This document shows positions 1 to 12,499 of a stretch of DNA of 64,000 bases, in pieces; the stretch's first letter is position 1; the number at the start of each line of letters is the position of its first letter. The stretch lies in assembly GCF_009914755.1 (NCBI RefSeq), contig NC_060939.1. One strand, 5' to 3'. The translations under genes were made by a program, and so were the position numbers. The notes beneath the pieces are model-generated. The model was given only the letters and a program-made list of their open reading frames with translations, did not search any database and had not been told where the DNA came from. The DNA is from the human T2T-CHM13v2.0 reference genome, Homo sapiens.

Positions 1-844
1 GGTACATGTGCACAATGTGCAGGTTAGTTACATATGTATACATGTGCCATGCTGGTGCGCTGCACCCACTAACTCGTCATCTAGCATTAGGTATATCTCC
101 CAATGCTATCCCTCCCCGCTCCCCCAACCCACAACAGTCCCCCGAGTGTGATGTTCCCCTTCCTGTGTCCATTTGTTCTCATTGTTCTCACCTATGAGTG
201 AAAATATGTGGTGTTTGGTTTTTTATTCTTGCAATAGTTTACTGAGAATGATGATTTCCAATTTCATCCATGTCCCTACAAAGGACATCAAGTCATCATT
301 TTTTATGGCTGCATAGTATTCCATGGTGTATATGTGCCATATTTTCTTAATCCAGTCTATCATTGTTGGACATTTGGGTTGGTTCCAAGTCTTTGCTATT
401 GTGAATAATGCCGCAATAAACATACGTGTGTGTGTGTCTTTATAGCAGCATGATTTATAGTCCTTTGGGTATATACCCGGTAATGGGATGGCGGGTCAAA
501 TGGTATTTCTAGTTCTAGATCCCTGAGGAATCGCCACACTGACTTCCACAATGGTTGAACTAGTTTACAGTCCCACCAACAGTGTAAAAGTGTTCCTATT
601 TCTCCATATCCTCTCCAGCACCTGTTGTTTCCTGACTTTTTAATGATCGCCATTCTAACTGGTGTGAGATGGTATCTCATTGTGGTTTTGATTTGCATTT
701 CTCTGATGGCCAGTGATGATGAGCATGTTTTCATGTTTCTTTTGGCTGCATAAATGTCTTCTTTTGAGAAGTGTCTGTTCATATCCTTTGCCCACTTTTT
801 GATGGGGTTGTTAGTTTTTTTCTTGTAAATTTGTTTGAGTTCAT
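1..844 (-). mobile_element. L1PA2/3-like LINE-1 3' fragment (ORF2 C-terminus and 3' UTR), running off the window start
   Basis: ORFs 223-423 and 396-851 translate as the L1 ORF2p C-terminus ([28 protein letters not shown]). The 3' UTR reads tagatgacgagttagtgggtgcagcgcacc on the - strand. Confidence 0.93.
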
Positions 845-1217
845 GTGGCACATATACACCATGGAATACTATGCAGCCATAAAAAATGATGAGTTCATGT
901 CCTTTGTAGAGACATGGATGAAGCTGGAAACCATCATTCTCAGCAAACTATCGCAAGGACAAAAAACCAAACACCGCATGTTCTCACTCATAGGTGGGAA
1001 TTGAACAATGAGAACACATGGACACAGGAAGGGGAACATCACACACCGGGGCCTGTTGTGGGGTGGGGGGAGGGGGGAGGGATAGCATTAGGAGATATAC
1101 CTAATGCTAAATGACAAGTTAATGGGTGCAGCACACCAACATGGCACATGTATACATATGGAACACACCTGCAGGTTGTGCACATGTACCCTAAAACAAA
1201 GTATAATAAAAAAAAAG
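843..1217 (+). mobile_element. 5'-truncated L1PA (L1PA4/5-like) 3' end with poly(A)
   Basis: [14 protein letters not shown]...FSLIGGN* ORF2 end, G-rich tract at 1060-1081, ctaaatgacaagttaatgggtgcagcacacc, and aataaaaaaaaa at about 1206-1217. Confidence 0.92.
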
Positions 1218-1387
1218 GTAGGTATCAAAAACATAACAATTCAAACCCTCTTTTAATTAAAGTTGGTTCTTGTATTAGTAGTAAGCAGGGAGCTTGGGGG
1301 GAGAGATGTGTACAAGTGTAGATGGGAGGTTCCCAGCTAAAGTTCTTGATTGGGAAGGTTCATTTGATTGTATGACATGTTCCTCCA

Positions 1388-1434
1388 TTCTCTCTGTCTC
1401 TGTCTCTGTCTTTTGTTTTTGTTGTTGTTGTTGC
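1388..1434. repeat. (TCTCTG)n plus (TTG)n compound microsatellite
   Basis: Read directly from the sequence. Confidence 0.85.
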
Positions 1435-2139
1435 TCTAAGCATCTAGAATGAAAACCACAAGGCCAGGGTTTGCTATCAAGGACCACTCTTTCCTTTGCA
1501 GAAAAAGCTGGTTCTGAGTGAAATAGAAGGACTAGGGTGCCAAATTAACTCCTCTCCACAAAGTGACCCCACATGGAAAAGTACTTGAGAAGCTCTGTAA
1601 AGGCATGGTAAAAGCTTACCAAAGACAGTAGCATTATCCTTTCCCTTACACACAAAGTGGAGGGGAAGTGTGGGTAAGTGGTGTGTCTAAAAGCATTGCT
1701 TTAAATTATGCATCCATTTGTAAACACTAATTTTTTGTTAACTCCATGTTGTTTGTAAATTGAACAAAAAATGCATATTTGTCATGGAAAAATTAGGAAA
1801 TAAAGATATTAGCATAAAAGAGGAAACAACGAATCTTAATTACCCATAATCCCATGACTTCATGTTTGTGTAAGATTATATAATACTATTGTTTCATGAT
1901 CTGCCATTTTCACTCAGTGACATATTTTGCACGTGAAATACGTTTTACATAAATATTTGTATAATTTGACTAGTTATTACCTTAAAACTACTGGAAAGAA
2001 ATCCCTTAGTTCTTCTACTTCACTCATTTCTTCTCTACAGTATTCATTTCTGGGGTAAATCCAGCTCTTTGGCTTGCATGGCCATGTAGTTCTGAAGTTA
2101 GCTACACAGGACTTAGCCACATTTCCCAGAATAGGATGT

Positions 2140-2820
2140 ATGGTACAGCAGAATTCTTACTGAACTTGAAGTCAGAAGAACTGGTTCCTTCACTTACTAT
2201 GGGTGACCTTGGACAGTATACTTGATTTCTTTGAATCTCATCAGTGAAATGAGTATGGGAATGTCTACCTTAACTGTGTGATGACAGAATTTGTGAGGAT
2301 GAACTGAACAACTATAGAAAAGTGTTTGGGAAATGCTGAAGAGCCCTACAAATGAAAGACATTAATAATATTAACTGAAATAGATTCCATAAATACTATG
2401 TGTAAGATCCTACCTTGATTTACCGCATTTAATCATCAAATCCACTGTCTGACAAAAGTATTATCATTAGTTCTATTTTATAGTCTAAACAAATCTAGGC
2501 AGAAAGGTCAAATAATTTGCATAAGCTCACACAATCAGTGACTTAGATTTGATCCAATCTATTTCATTCGATAGTGTTGGTCTTTTCCCCTAATAGTAGT
2601 AAAAACTGTGGGCTCCATTGTTAGCCTGCCTGAGATCAGATGCCATCTCCAACTAGGCAAGTTACCTTTTCTGCCTGTTTCACTCTTCAAAAATTAGAGA
2701 TACAATAATACCAACCCAATTTCTTTGGGTTTCATAAGTAGGAAATAAAATAATACATAGAAAAGACTTGGAACATTGCCTGACACAAAATAGGTGTCTT
2801 AAAACGTTAATTATTATTAT
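2140..2820. mobile_element. Cluster of degenerate MIR fragments
   Basis: MIR-like motifs: gaagtcagaagaactggtt, gtgaccttggaca, gtgaaatgag, ttgtgaggatgaa, acttggaacattgcctgacaca. Confidence 0.6.
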
Positions 2821-5112
2821 TTTCAATGTTGCCAAGACAGCGAACCCTGTGGTGGTGAATTTGCATGTGAAAACCTGTTAAACTGATACACACTCTTTCT
2901 TTTCTCCTAATATTGTCGCACTTGCACCTTATGTCCTAAGTTTTCTAGTAATCTTGAATGTACATAATGTTTAGTTGTGAAATAAATTTTGCTTTGTGAG
3001 GGAATTAGTTGTAATTGAGGGTAGAATCAAAGTTTGTTCAGCGAATTCCATCTATTCAGTTGTAAAGGCAGCGAATAAACACCATGACTTGTATTTGAAA
3101 GTAGAAAATACCGACTTTCAATTGTCATTTCCCCCGAGGAAACCATTAACCAGCACAATTGTTTTTAAATATCAACCTGAAATAACACTGTATTTTTACT
3201 GCTATTCTTTCTCTCTCCTTCTCTCTCTTTGGGATACAGTTTGGCTTTGAAAAAATATGGTATATATGCGGTGTTTGGTCAAATAATTTAGCACTATGGA
3301 AAAGGTTGTGAACCAGTCATAGTATTTGAGGTTGTAAGAAGAAACCTTTGAAAAGGTAGTGGCTGCACAAATGTATTAACTTAGTACCACAAAGTAGGGA
3401 GTTCTGAAACTGTGGTGGAAATATTGCCTGCCTTGACTACCTGTTCTTCCTGAGTCCATTTGCTGATCAGAACTCAGGTAACTTAAAAGTCATATACCCT
3501 GGAAAGGAGTATGGAAACAGGAAAGATCCTCAGCGGCTATACAAGTGAGAGATATGGCAGAGTTCTAATAAGATTGACTAAAAGCTTGATACTGTCTTAC
3601 ATCAAAGGAGCAAATAATTGTTCTACCTGGAATGTCCAGGCCCCAATTCACAAATGCATTCCTACCTTTTGAACTGAATAATGATCTCTTTCCCAATAAA
3701 CTGTTATAAGACAAAAAATCTGAAAGGAAAATTGTTGCACATACATCATATTCTTATATTCTGTATTTTCTGGGACAGTCTGTTTCAGATTAGATGATGA
3801 GTCCTAATTCAGGTTTGCAAAATATTATCAAGGCAAATCTTTATGGAGATTTTATTGAGATATTATTTTATAACAAAAAATGGGATAACTGTAATGTTCA
3901 TCAAAAAAATTGGTGGTAGAAGGAAGGAAGGTGTTGGAGTGTTCAGTAACCTTACCCCAGAATGCCACAGTACAAATTCTGTGAGAAGTCATTCTTGTGT
4001 AGTAGAGGCATTCATTTTTCTCCTAATATCCCTTCTGAAAATTCCCTTTTACTAGTCAGCTCTTAGCTTCTTGGAAAGAAGGCCCTTCGTCTAGGACAAT
4101 GTTCATCTCCCCACATAAAAATTCACAATTCATGGCATGTTAGTTCAATAAAATATTATGCTTTCTAAGAATGATAATTATGAAAACTTGCTATAAATGG
4201 GAGCAAGTTCAACATTAAATCACATGAAACAGACATATTAACAAAAATAGATACATTAGAGCAATTGAACTATAAATGCTTTTTTCCTGTAAAAATTTTC
4301 CTTCATGTTATTTTCACATTCTTTTAGCAACAAATGACAATGAACTGCCATTGATTTTATTTTTTGAACTTAAGCAGTGTATCCACAAGTACACCATTGC
4401 CCTGTCCAATTTTTAGGGGGAGATATTCTATTATCTAAAACTCAATAAATTGACCCATCACGTTTTTGGTGATACCTTATTTAGGTAAAAATATTAGGCA
4501 TTTAGAAGAATGCATTTGTGAATATTTTGACTGATATTACTATAGATGGAATTAGAATCTGCCCTTTAGGGGCTCAGAAGGAAGTAATGTTTGGATGTCA
4601 TTAGGCTAGAATATTTTATTGTCCCACAAAAATGTTGATAAATTGCTTATAAGGGCTTATTTATTAGAAATGACCATGTCACCAAATAATAAAGCCAAAT
4701 ATGATAGGAATCACAATCAGAAAATATGTTTTTTCTTCTTTTATTTACAACCAACCAAACAAAATAACATAGCTGTAATTTTGTCAATGTCAGAACAATA
4801 AATTTAAGTCAAATAGAACTTAAAGAATTTTTATCACAGATGAATCAGATGGAAACTATCCAGAAAACACCCAAATATGTACATTCCTCAGTTGATACTC
4901 AGTCTAGGTGCCAAAGGGAAGCCACACGCTTCCATTTATCTATATAATTTGGCAACTTTAATTTGTAAGGGGCCCAACAGGTGTTTAATTTCATAGGCTG
5001 ATATAGTCAATATCACTAGATCCATATTTTTTAGATTTAAATAACTATATAATTCTGATTTCTCTTTGTTAGACTGTACTGATCTGATCATGGAGGAATA
5101 ATCTAATATGGC

Positions 5113-6062
5113 TTAGATTATGTTGGAACTCCCCAGAACTTTCCTCAGGGCTGCCTTTATCTCCTTATTCTGGAGGCTATAGATAAGGGGATTGAAGAGT
5201 GGGGTCACCATAGCATAGAACAAAGTTTTGATTTTCTGCATCCCCATAGAGTGTCCAAGTCCTGGACTCACACACATGACCATAAGAGAGCCATAGAACA
5301 GTGATACCACAGCCAAATGAGACCCACAGGTAGAGAAGGCTTTATGTTTCCCAGTGCTCGAAGGCATACCCAACACAGCTTTCAGGACAAGAGTATAGGA
5401 TCCAATAATAAAGAGGAAGTTACCAAAAATAACTAATGAGCTTAGAGTGTAGCAAAACAGTTGGATTCTTGGGGCAGAGACACAAGCCAATGCAGATAGT
5501 GGCCCTGGGTCACACACAACATGGTCATTAATGTTTGGACCACAGAAGGGCATCTGAGAGATGAGAACAGTGGGGATCAGGAAACACAGAAATCCACAAA
5601 CCCAGCACAGTATGACCAGTTTGGCACAGAGATGCCCAGTCATGATTTATTAGGATAGTGCAAGGGATGGCAGATAACAAGGTACTGATCAAAGGCCATC
5701 ACAGTCAAAATCAAGCATTCAGATGTACCCAAAGAGAAGAAGAAATAAAATTGGAGAAAACATCCAGCAAAGGAGATGGTTTTTTTCTCTGAAAGGAAGT
5801 TGACCAACATCTTGGGAACTGTAGAAGAGACATACCATATCTCTAAAAAGGAGAAATTTCCCAGGAACATGTACATGGGAGTGTGACGTCGCCAGTCACA
5901 CCACAGGGCGCAAGCAATGGCTCCATTTCCTGTTATGGTCAGTGCATATGTTGTAGTGAAGAGTGAGAAGAGGAAGATCTGAATTGTCCACTCAAAAGAT
6001 AAATCTTGGAGTATAAATTCATTTACTAAAGCAAAGCTGGAATTTGGCTCAGAGACATTCAT
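5113..6062 (-). pseudogene. OR11H3P: Olfactory receptor family 11H pseudogene with a single +2 frameshift at about 5647
   Basis: ORF 5640-6095 (MNVSEPNSSF, HTPMYMFLGNFS, MAFDQYLVICHPLHY) and ORF 5113-5643 (KAFSTCGSHL, PLFNPLIYSL) together give a full 7TM OR. The junction reads CCT AAT AA ATC ATG. The symbol is inferred from gene order; another OR11H paralog is possible. Confidence 0.9.
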
Positions 6063-6074
6063 TGGGCCAGTGAC

Positions 6075-6092
6075 CTGCAAGGTCAAGAGACA
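6075..6092 (-). promoter_or_regulatory. Putative 3' splice acceptor of the OR11H coding exon
   Basis: tctcttgaccttgcAG|gtcactggcccaATG. This would make the 6095 ATG intronic and 6062 the start codon. Confidence 0.6.
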
Positions 6093-8488
6093 CATTATCA
6101 GTCAGGACTCTTTTACAAAATGAGTTCCTTTTTTAAGAATGAAGAGAAGACAATGAACATGAAGTCATTTTTCAAAAGAATAATTAGGAAGAGAATATAG
6201 TTTACTTTTTCTTGGCTATACAGTATATGAGTTTTGGGCTTAGTAGGTAGCTGATTGAACAAAAACTTCTGCCAGCTTCTAAATCTCTCCTTAATATGCA
6301 ATCGTGATAGAACTAGGTAAAGTTAAATTCCTTTTGTAAGGTCATTATTTTGGGACAGAAATGATTTAATATAGTTTCTGGATAGCATACAACCCAAAGT
6401 TAGTACTTTGAGAAGGCACAAATGTGTTAGTTTCTTACTGCAAACCCAACTTATAGTGCAATAGACTCAGCAAGGAAAGTTTTGACCATTTACATTTCAG
6501 CTAAACATATTACTTAACATTATTTACATATGCAAAAGAAATGCACATATTTTAAAATAAATTGGTAGCTATCACGTTAAAGCCATTATCTCTGAATTTC
6601 TATTGCTGCTGTTGTTAGCTTAAGTGATTATCTAATGTTGCTTACCAATATTGACTTTTAATATTAATATTGTAAAGCTGCATTGTTTTCTGTAGAAAGG
6701 GAAGGCTTTAAGTTTCTGATTAATCTTTTACCTTAATTTCATAAACTGATACAGTGATTATTATATTGATAAAATCAATACAGTATTGATTTAGTCATTA
6801 TGTACAAAAGTTTGCAAAGATCTAGACATTAAACTTTATTTTTGAAGGTATTTCATAAAATTTGGAGATTGATTTTCCTTATATGCTTTTTATAAAATTG
6901 AAAAATTTTACTAAATGACAGAAATTAAACACTTTTTTTTGTTATAGGTAAACTTCCTCCTACATTCTTCTAAAAATATATTTAGGGATTTGAGTTACCT
7001 GAAAAAACTTTTTTTTCCTCAGAAATATGGAGGGATGTGAGTTCTAGATGTCAAGAGGGCTTGCATTTTGAGAAGAAACACAAATTTTCAGAAGTTTTTC
7101 TTCCAATTTGATCTCTACACCAGTGCTCTAGGAATTCTTTTGGTATGACTAGTTAGAAGTTATGTTTGTGCCTCTTTTAGTAATAGATGCCTCTTTAATT
7201 GGCTTCCAACCAGAAACATTAATAAACCAACATTAGGAAATTATGGAAACGGATTGACATGGGAGTGTCATGATTCTCAGCAGTGCTCAAAAGGTGTAGC
7301 CATCATCGTTTTGACATGAACCAAATCTCTAAATGATTTATTTTATAAACCATATTCTGCCTCCAGCTAGACAGTTTTATTGTGGCCCCAAAATTAAAAA
7401 TGCACTTTATAAAACTCACTTTCTCCTGGGATGTAGCTTCTATAGCATTAGGAAAGTTATCTTCCAAGCCAATGAATCTTTAAAAAGTTAATGATTAGAT
7501 ATTCTCTGAAGAATCAGTAAAGAGTAATGACAACTATTCTAAGACATCATTATTTACAAAGAGCTTGCCCACCAGACGGATTCCAAAAAATCTTCCAGAA
7601 GACACAGTCTGAGGAGAAATAAGATACAAAATGTTACCAAAAGTTCTGACATAATGTTTAGGAACATTTCAAGTGTTACTGTGCATATGTTGGAGGATAT
7701 ACAGCCCAGTGAGGAAAATACTGATGTTCCAACATTGTCACATATTGAGCAAAAACTTACAGAATTTAGAAATAACTTTTAGAAGGATGGCACTTTTTTG
7801 GCAGATTCCTTTAGATATGAGAAAAAAGTATAAGAAGTAGCAACGTTTAAGTTAATTGACAGAAATACTTGAGAGGAACATGTGACTTCCCAATTAACAT
7901 GAGAGAAGTATTGACTTTTATTTGTGTCCCTTCTATTTTTACTTTATGGCATTTAGGGGCCAATATAGTGTAGCTAAACACTCATGTGTGAGTGAATGCT
8001 CATACCAAGTGCTGTGAAGTAGTTGAGGACATCAGGGATGTATGCCCTAGGACTACAGACATCTGTCTAAAAGCACACTTCCACTTTGAAAGACTATGGA
8101 GGAAAATGTTTATTCAGACCTTTATTATCACTTAATCATAATACTTAGAAACTCCTAAAACATAGCTTTGATCTTGTTGTCTGCTCCAAAAGCCATCAAT
8201 CATTTCAAGTTCCCAAGTTCTCCACAAATTGACTTCAAATTACTTTCCTGGTGTTATCTTTCCCTACTCTCTTTTACAGATAAATTAGACAGTAGACAGC
8301 ATTTCATTCTCTGAATAGGTTCAGTTTCCTATGTTCTCTTTTTTGTGATCATTTTCTGTGTTTGGAATTCTATTTATCTCCACCTACACCTGTAAAAACC
8401 CTCCTTCAAGATCCAGTTCAAAAGACATTTTTCCCCCCAGAATGTTTTCCCCTCTTCCCCTAAGCAAAGCACCTTTTCCATCCTTGCA

Positions 8489-8780
<292 letters not shown>

Positions 8781-8844
8781 CCATCCTTGAATTTTTATTT
8801 TACCATCTTTGTGTCTTTGTCATGATACTAATCATAAGCTGCCC

Positions 8845-9250
8845 TATATCAATGTTCATCCATGATATTGGCTTGAAGTTTTTTCTTGTTGTTGTGTCTC
8901 TACCAGGTTTTGGTATCAGGATGATGCTGGCCTCATAGAATGAGTTGGACAGTTCTCAGTTTTTTGGAATCATTTCAGCAAAAATGGTACTGGCTCTTCT
9001 TTGCATATCTGGTAGAATTTGGCTGTGAATCCATCTAGTCCTGAGCTTTTTAAAATATATATATATTTTGGTTGGTAGGCTATTTATTACTGATGCAATC
9101 TTGGAGCAGGTTATTGGTGTGTCCAGGAATTTACCCATCTCTTACAGGTTTTCTAGTTTGTGTGCATAGAGGTGGTTGTAGTAGTTTCTGATGGTTATTT
9201 TTTATTTCTGTGGGGTCAGTGGTAACATGACCTTTTTCATTTCTAGTTGT
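8845..9250 (-). mobile_element. L1 ORF2 internal fragment
   Basis: atcaatgttcatc...ggtatcaggatgatgctggcctcatagaatgagtt. ORF 8956-9138 (MGKFLDT) is ORF2p-like. Confidence 0.85.
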
Positions 9251-10198
9251 GATGTTTCTTTCAAAAGATTAGAATGGTAAAAATTATATCTATTCTGATT
9301 AGGGCTTCTAGGCATTATTAAATGTTTACACCTTTAATTTACTCTGGTCAACAGTATATTTTTGGGGACTTTTTCTTAAATAATCTTGTCACTAAACCAC
9401 TATACTTTATAAACAGCCTGATTAAATGAACATGCATTTGAACATTAGACTCTGGATAGACAAGATTAATTAACCTTTGACACAAGAAGCTCACAGTACA
9501 ACAGGCCACTCTGATAGGACAAAAGTCCTAGGAAGTCTATGTCGGCAAAATCCCACCTAAGGGCTAAACTTTAAGCTCTATTCACTTTTAGCTAATTAAG
9601 TAAATATACTGCCATCCCATGCTGATAGTGATGAGCAGTCTCGGGGGAGTTTGACTTCTATAGGGAGGGAGGGAGGCGATGTGTTTCTGCACTTTGCTTC
9701 TTCAGTCAGGCATTCTGTGACTTCTTCATTTCCTTCCGCTCCTCTTCAACCCCTGGCATGTTGGCTCAGAAGCACAAGAGGGCAGGATAATCCTCACTGT
9801 CTCATTCACACTGACTGAAACCCTGGGCTTTGAAATACAGACTCACTCCTCCCAAGCTCTACTCTGATGCTGGGAGCAATTTAGAGCAAATGTTATCCAA
9901 AGTGACATTACCTAGATCACTAGGTTCTTTCTTTCACCCACCTCCAATCCTGCTGTTCTTTCACTTCTAAATCAAGGAAACTCCAAGTTTACACTTTGCA
10001 GGAGCCCCTGGAATATTTGGGGTTTCATATTGCACATCAAAACTATTTCTCACTGACCCAATCATCTATTAAAAATCTTGTTGAATTTCTGCCATTTTAA
10101 TGGCTATCTGCCTTCATATGAAGTTCTTGGTATTATAATAGTCAGTGTGCTTCCAAATTAATCCCAATTCGTTTACTTTTACTTTAAGATGAAATGTA

Positions 10199-10517
<319 letters not shown>

Positions 10518-11894
10518 TTAGAAACCATTCTTCCATAAAACCAAAACCATATCTCCTTAAGAGGATGTTGGAAAATCAGCCTTTCTCATAAAGTAGTTTT
10601 CCCCACAAGTTTAAACACATTACTCCACTATAAGTTTAGAGACTATTTTAAAAAACTATTATGCTTCAGCTTTTCCTGCAGTTCTCTCTTTCTTGTCTCT
10701 TACATACTTCTCTGTGATCTGGTCCAACAATTATTGCCATGGCAACAAAGGCTCTGTGACATCTCTAGCAAGCTCATTGTCTTCTGCCTTATTAAACTTT
10801 AATGGGTAACTAGTAGACAGTAACACTCTGGGAGGGCTCAAACCACATAACCAAATGTGCCAAGATAATCCTGAGCTCACTATTGTCAGGTAAGACAAAG
10901 TATTTTAGTGCAATAGCAAACAATTAATTAAACAAACAAAAACAAGAAACCTTTCTTGGGACAGGAAGCCATTAATTAGCTAAGCTCAGAGCCACTCATT
11001 GAAACTAGGTCCTGATTGGGTTTCTGGATTTGACCACTGGGCAGAAACTAGGACCCAAAACCAATTGGAATGAAATGGTCCGCAGATATTGTTTTCATGT
11101 AAGGATAGGTTTGGAAGTATCCAGACTTAGTGGTGGGCCAGGCCTCCCCTGCGAGCAGTACAGTTCAGGACACCTGGACTGCCCTTTCCCTCTGCCTTCC
11201 CTGGGGTAATGTGAATGGCTTAGTCTTTCGTGTTCTCAACTGTAACATGGAGGAGGAAGAGAAGAGCCTCACTGCACATATTGGGTCATTAAGAATGATC
11301 TTAGAGCCATAATTTACAATATTTTGAAGTTAGGTTTGATTTTTACCACTCCACTACTCCTCTCCCAATATGTTGTGCCAAATTGTAAGTAATTTGCAAT
11401 TAGAACACATTGAAGACATATATTTGAGCTCCTTAGAGAGTCTCACCCACCTTTGTGGTAACTTTTTGTACTTCAGGTTTTCTCAAGTCAGAGTGTTGAG
11501 TCCTTAAATCAGTGTTGGGTAGTGATAAAATTTTGATACATTGGGTAGTGATAAAATTTTAATTGCCTAAGTTTAGTAAATGGGGGACAGGCTTGCTTAT
11601 CAACAGTCTTTGTGGCATTTTATGCTGAAAAAGCCTTGAGGCTCAGACTCAGCCCACAGTTCTCTGCACTCCCTCCACTTCCCTTCTGTGCCTTTCATGT
11701 GTATCCTTTACAGCAATTTTTTTTTGTGAGTTCTTTTCCTTTTTGAGATCTCTCTTAAGGTTAATGGTGTACAGTAGATATCCAGAACTTATTCATCCCT
11801 TTTAGCTGAAACATTGTACCCTTTGACAAATGTCTCCCATATCCCCTGGGCACAATTTTCAATAGGTAGTTAGGGAAAGCCTCAATGAAAAGGT

Positions 11895-12036
11895 TGGGAT
11901 TTTGGGATGCTGATAACATTCAGTTTCTGGAACTAGGTACCTTTACACAGGAGTATCAGTTGATAACAATTCATTGAGCAATATACTTAGGATTTGTGCA
12001 CTGTACTTTTTGTATGTTATAGATGAATAAAAAATT
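11895..12036 (+). mobile_element. Short old L1 (L1MC/ME-type) 3' end inserted in an L2 fragment
   Basis: gggatgctgataacattc...ttcattgagc...atttgtgcac...aataaaaa, flanked by degenerate repeats gaaagcctcaatgaaaaggt and gaaatctcataaaggt. Confidence 0.65.
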
Positions 12037-12499
12037 CAGAAATCTCATAAAGGTGATATTTGGATAAAGACTTGAAGGAAGTGTGGAGGCAACAAATATA
12101 AACATCTGGGGAAAGAGGGTTCCAGGCAGAGGAGATGGCATGTGTAGGTGCCACGAAGCAGGAGCACGCCTGGCATGATTGAGACGGCAGGGAGTCCTCA
12201 TCTCTTCTTCACCTACGCTACATCTCTGAAATGGCCATTTCAGAAAGCATGAAATTTATTTACATGAGTTTATTTTAACAAATGCTCACTTTTGATATTT
12301 TACAAGAGTAACTACAAGTTTATTATAGAAAAATTTGAGAAAACATACATATGCATGAGAATACAACATAACCATTTAACATTTAAAATTTTTCCTTTCA
12401 TCACACTTATATTCATAATGTTTGTAATTAAGTGTAAAATTTACTATACATGTTTATATTATTTATATTTATATTTTAATATTAAAAACTGATTAGTTA

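Noticed and set aside
1060-1081. G-quadruplex motif
   Set aside because: It is the well-known L1PA 3' UTR G-tract, so not novel.
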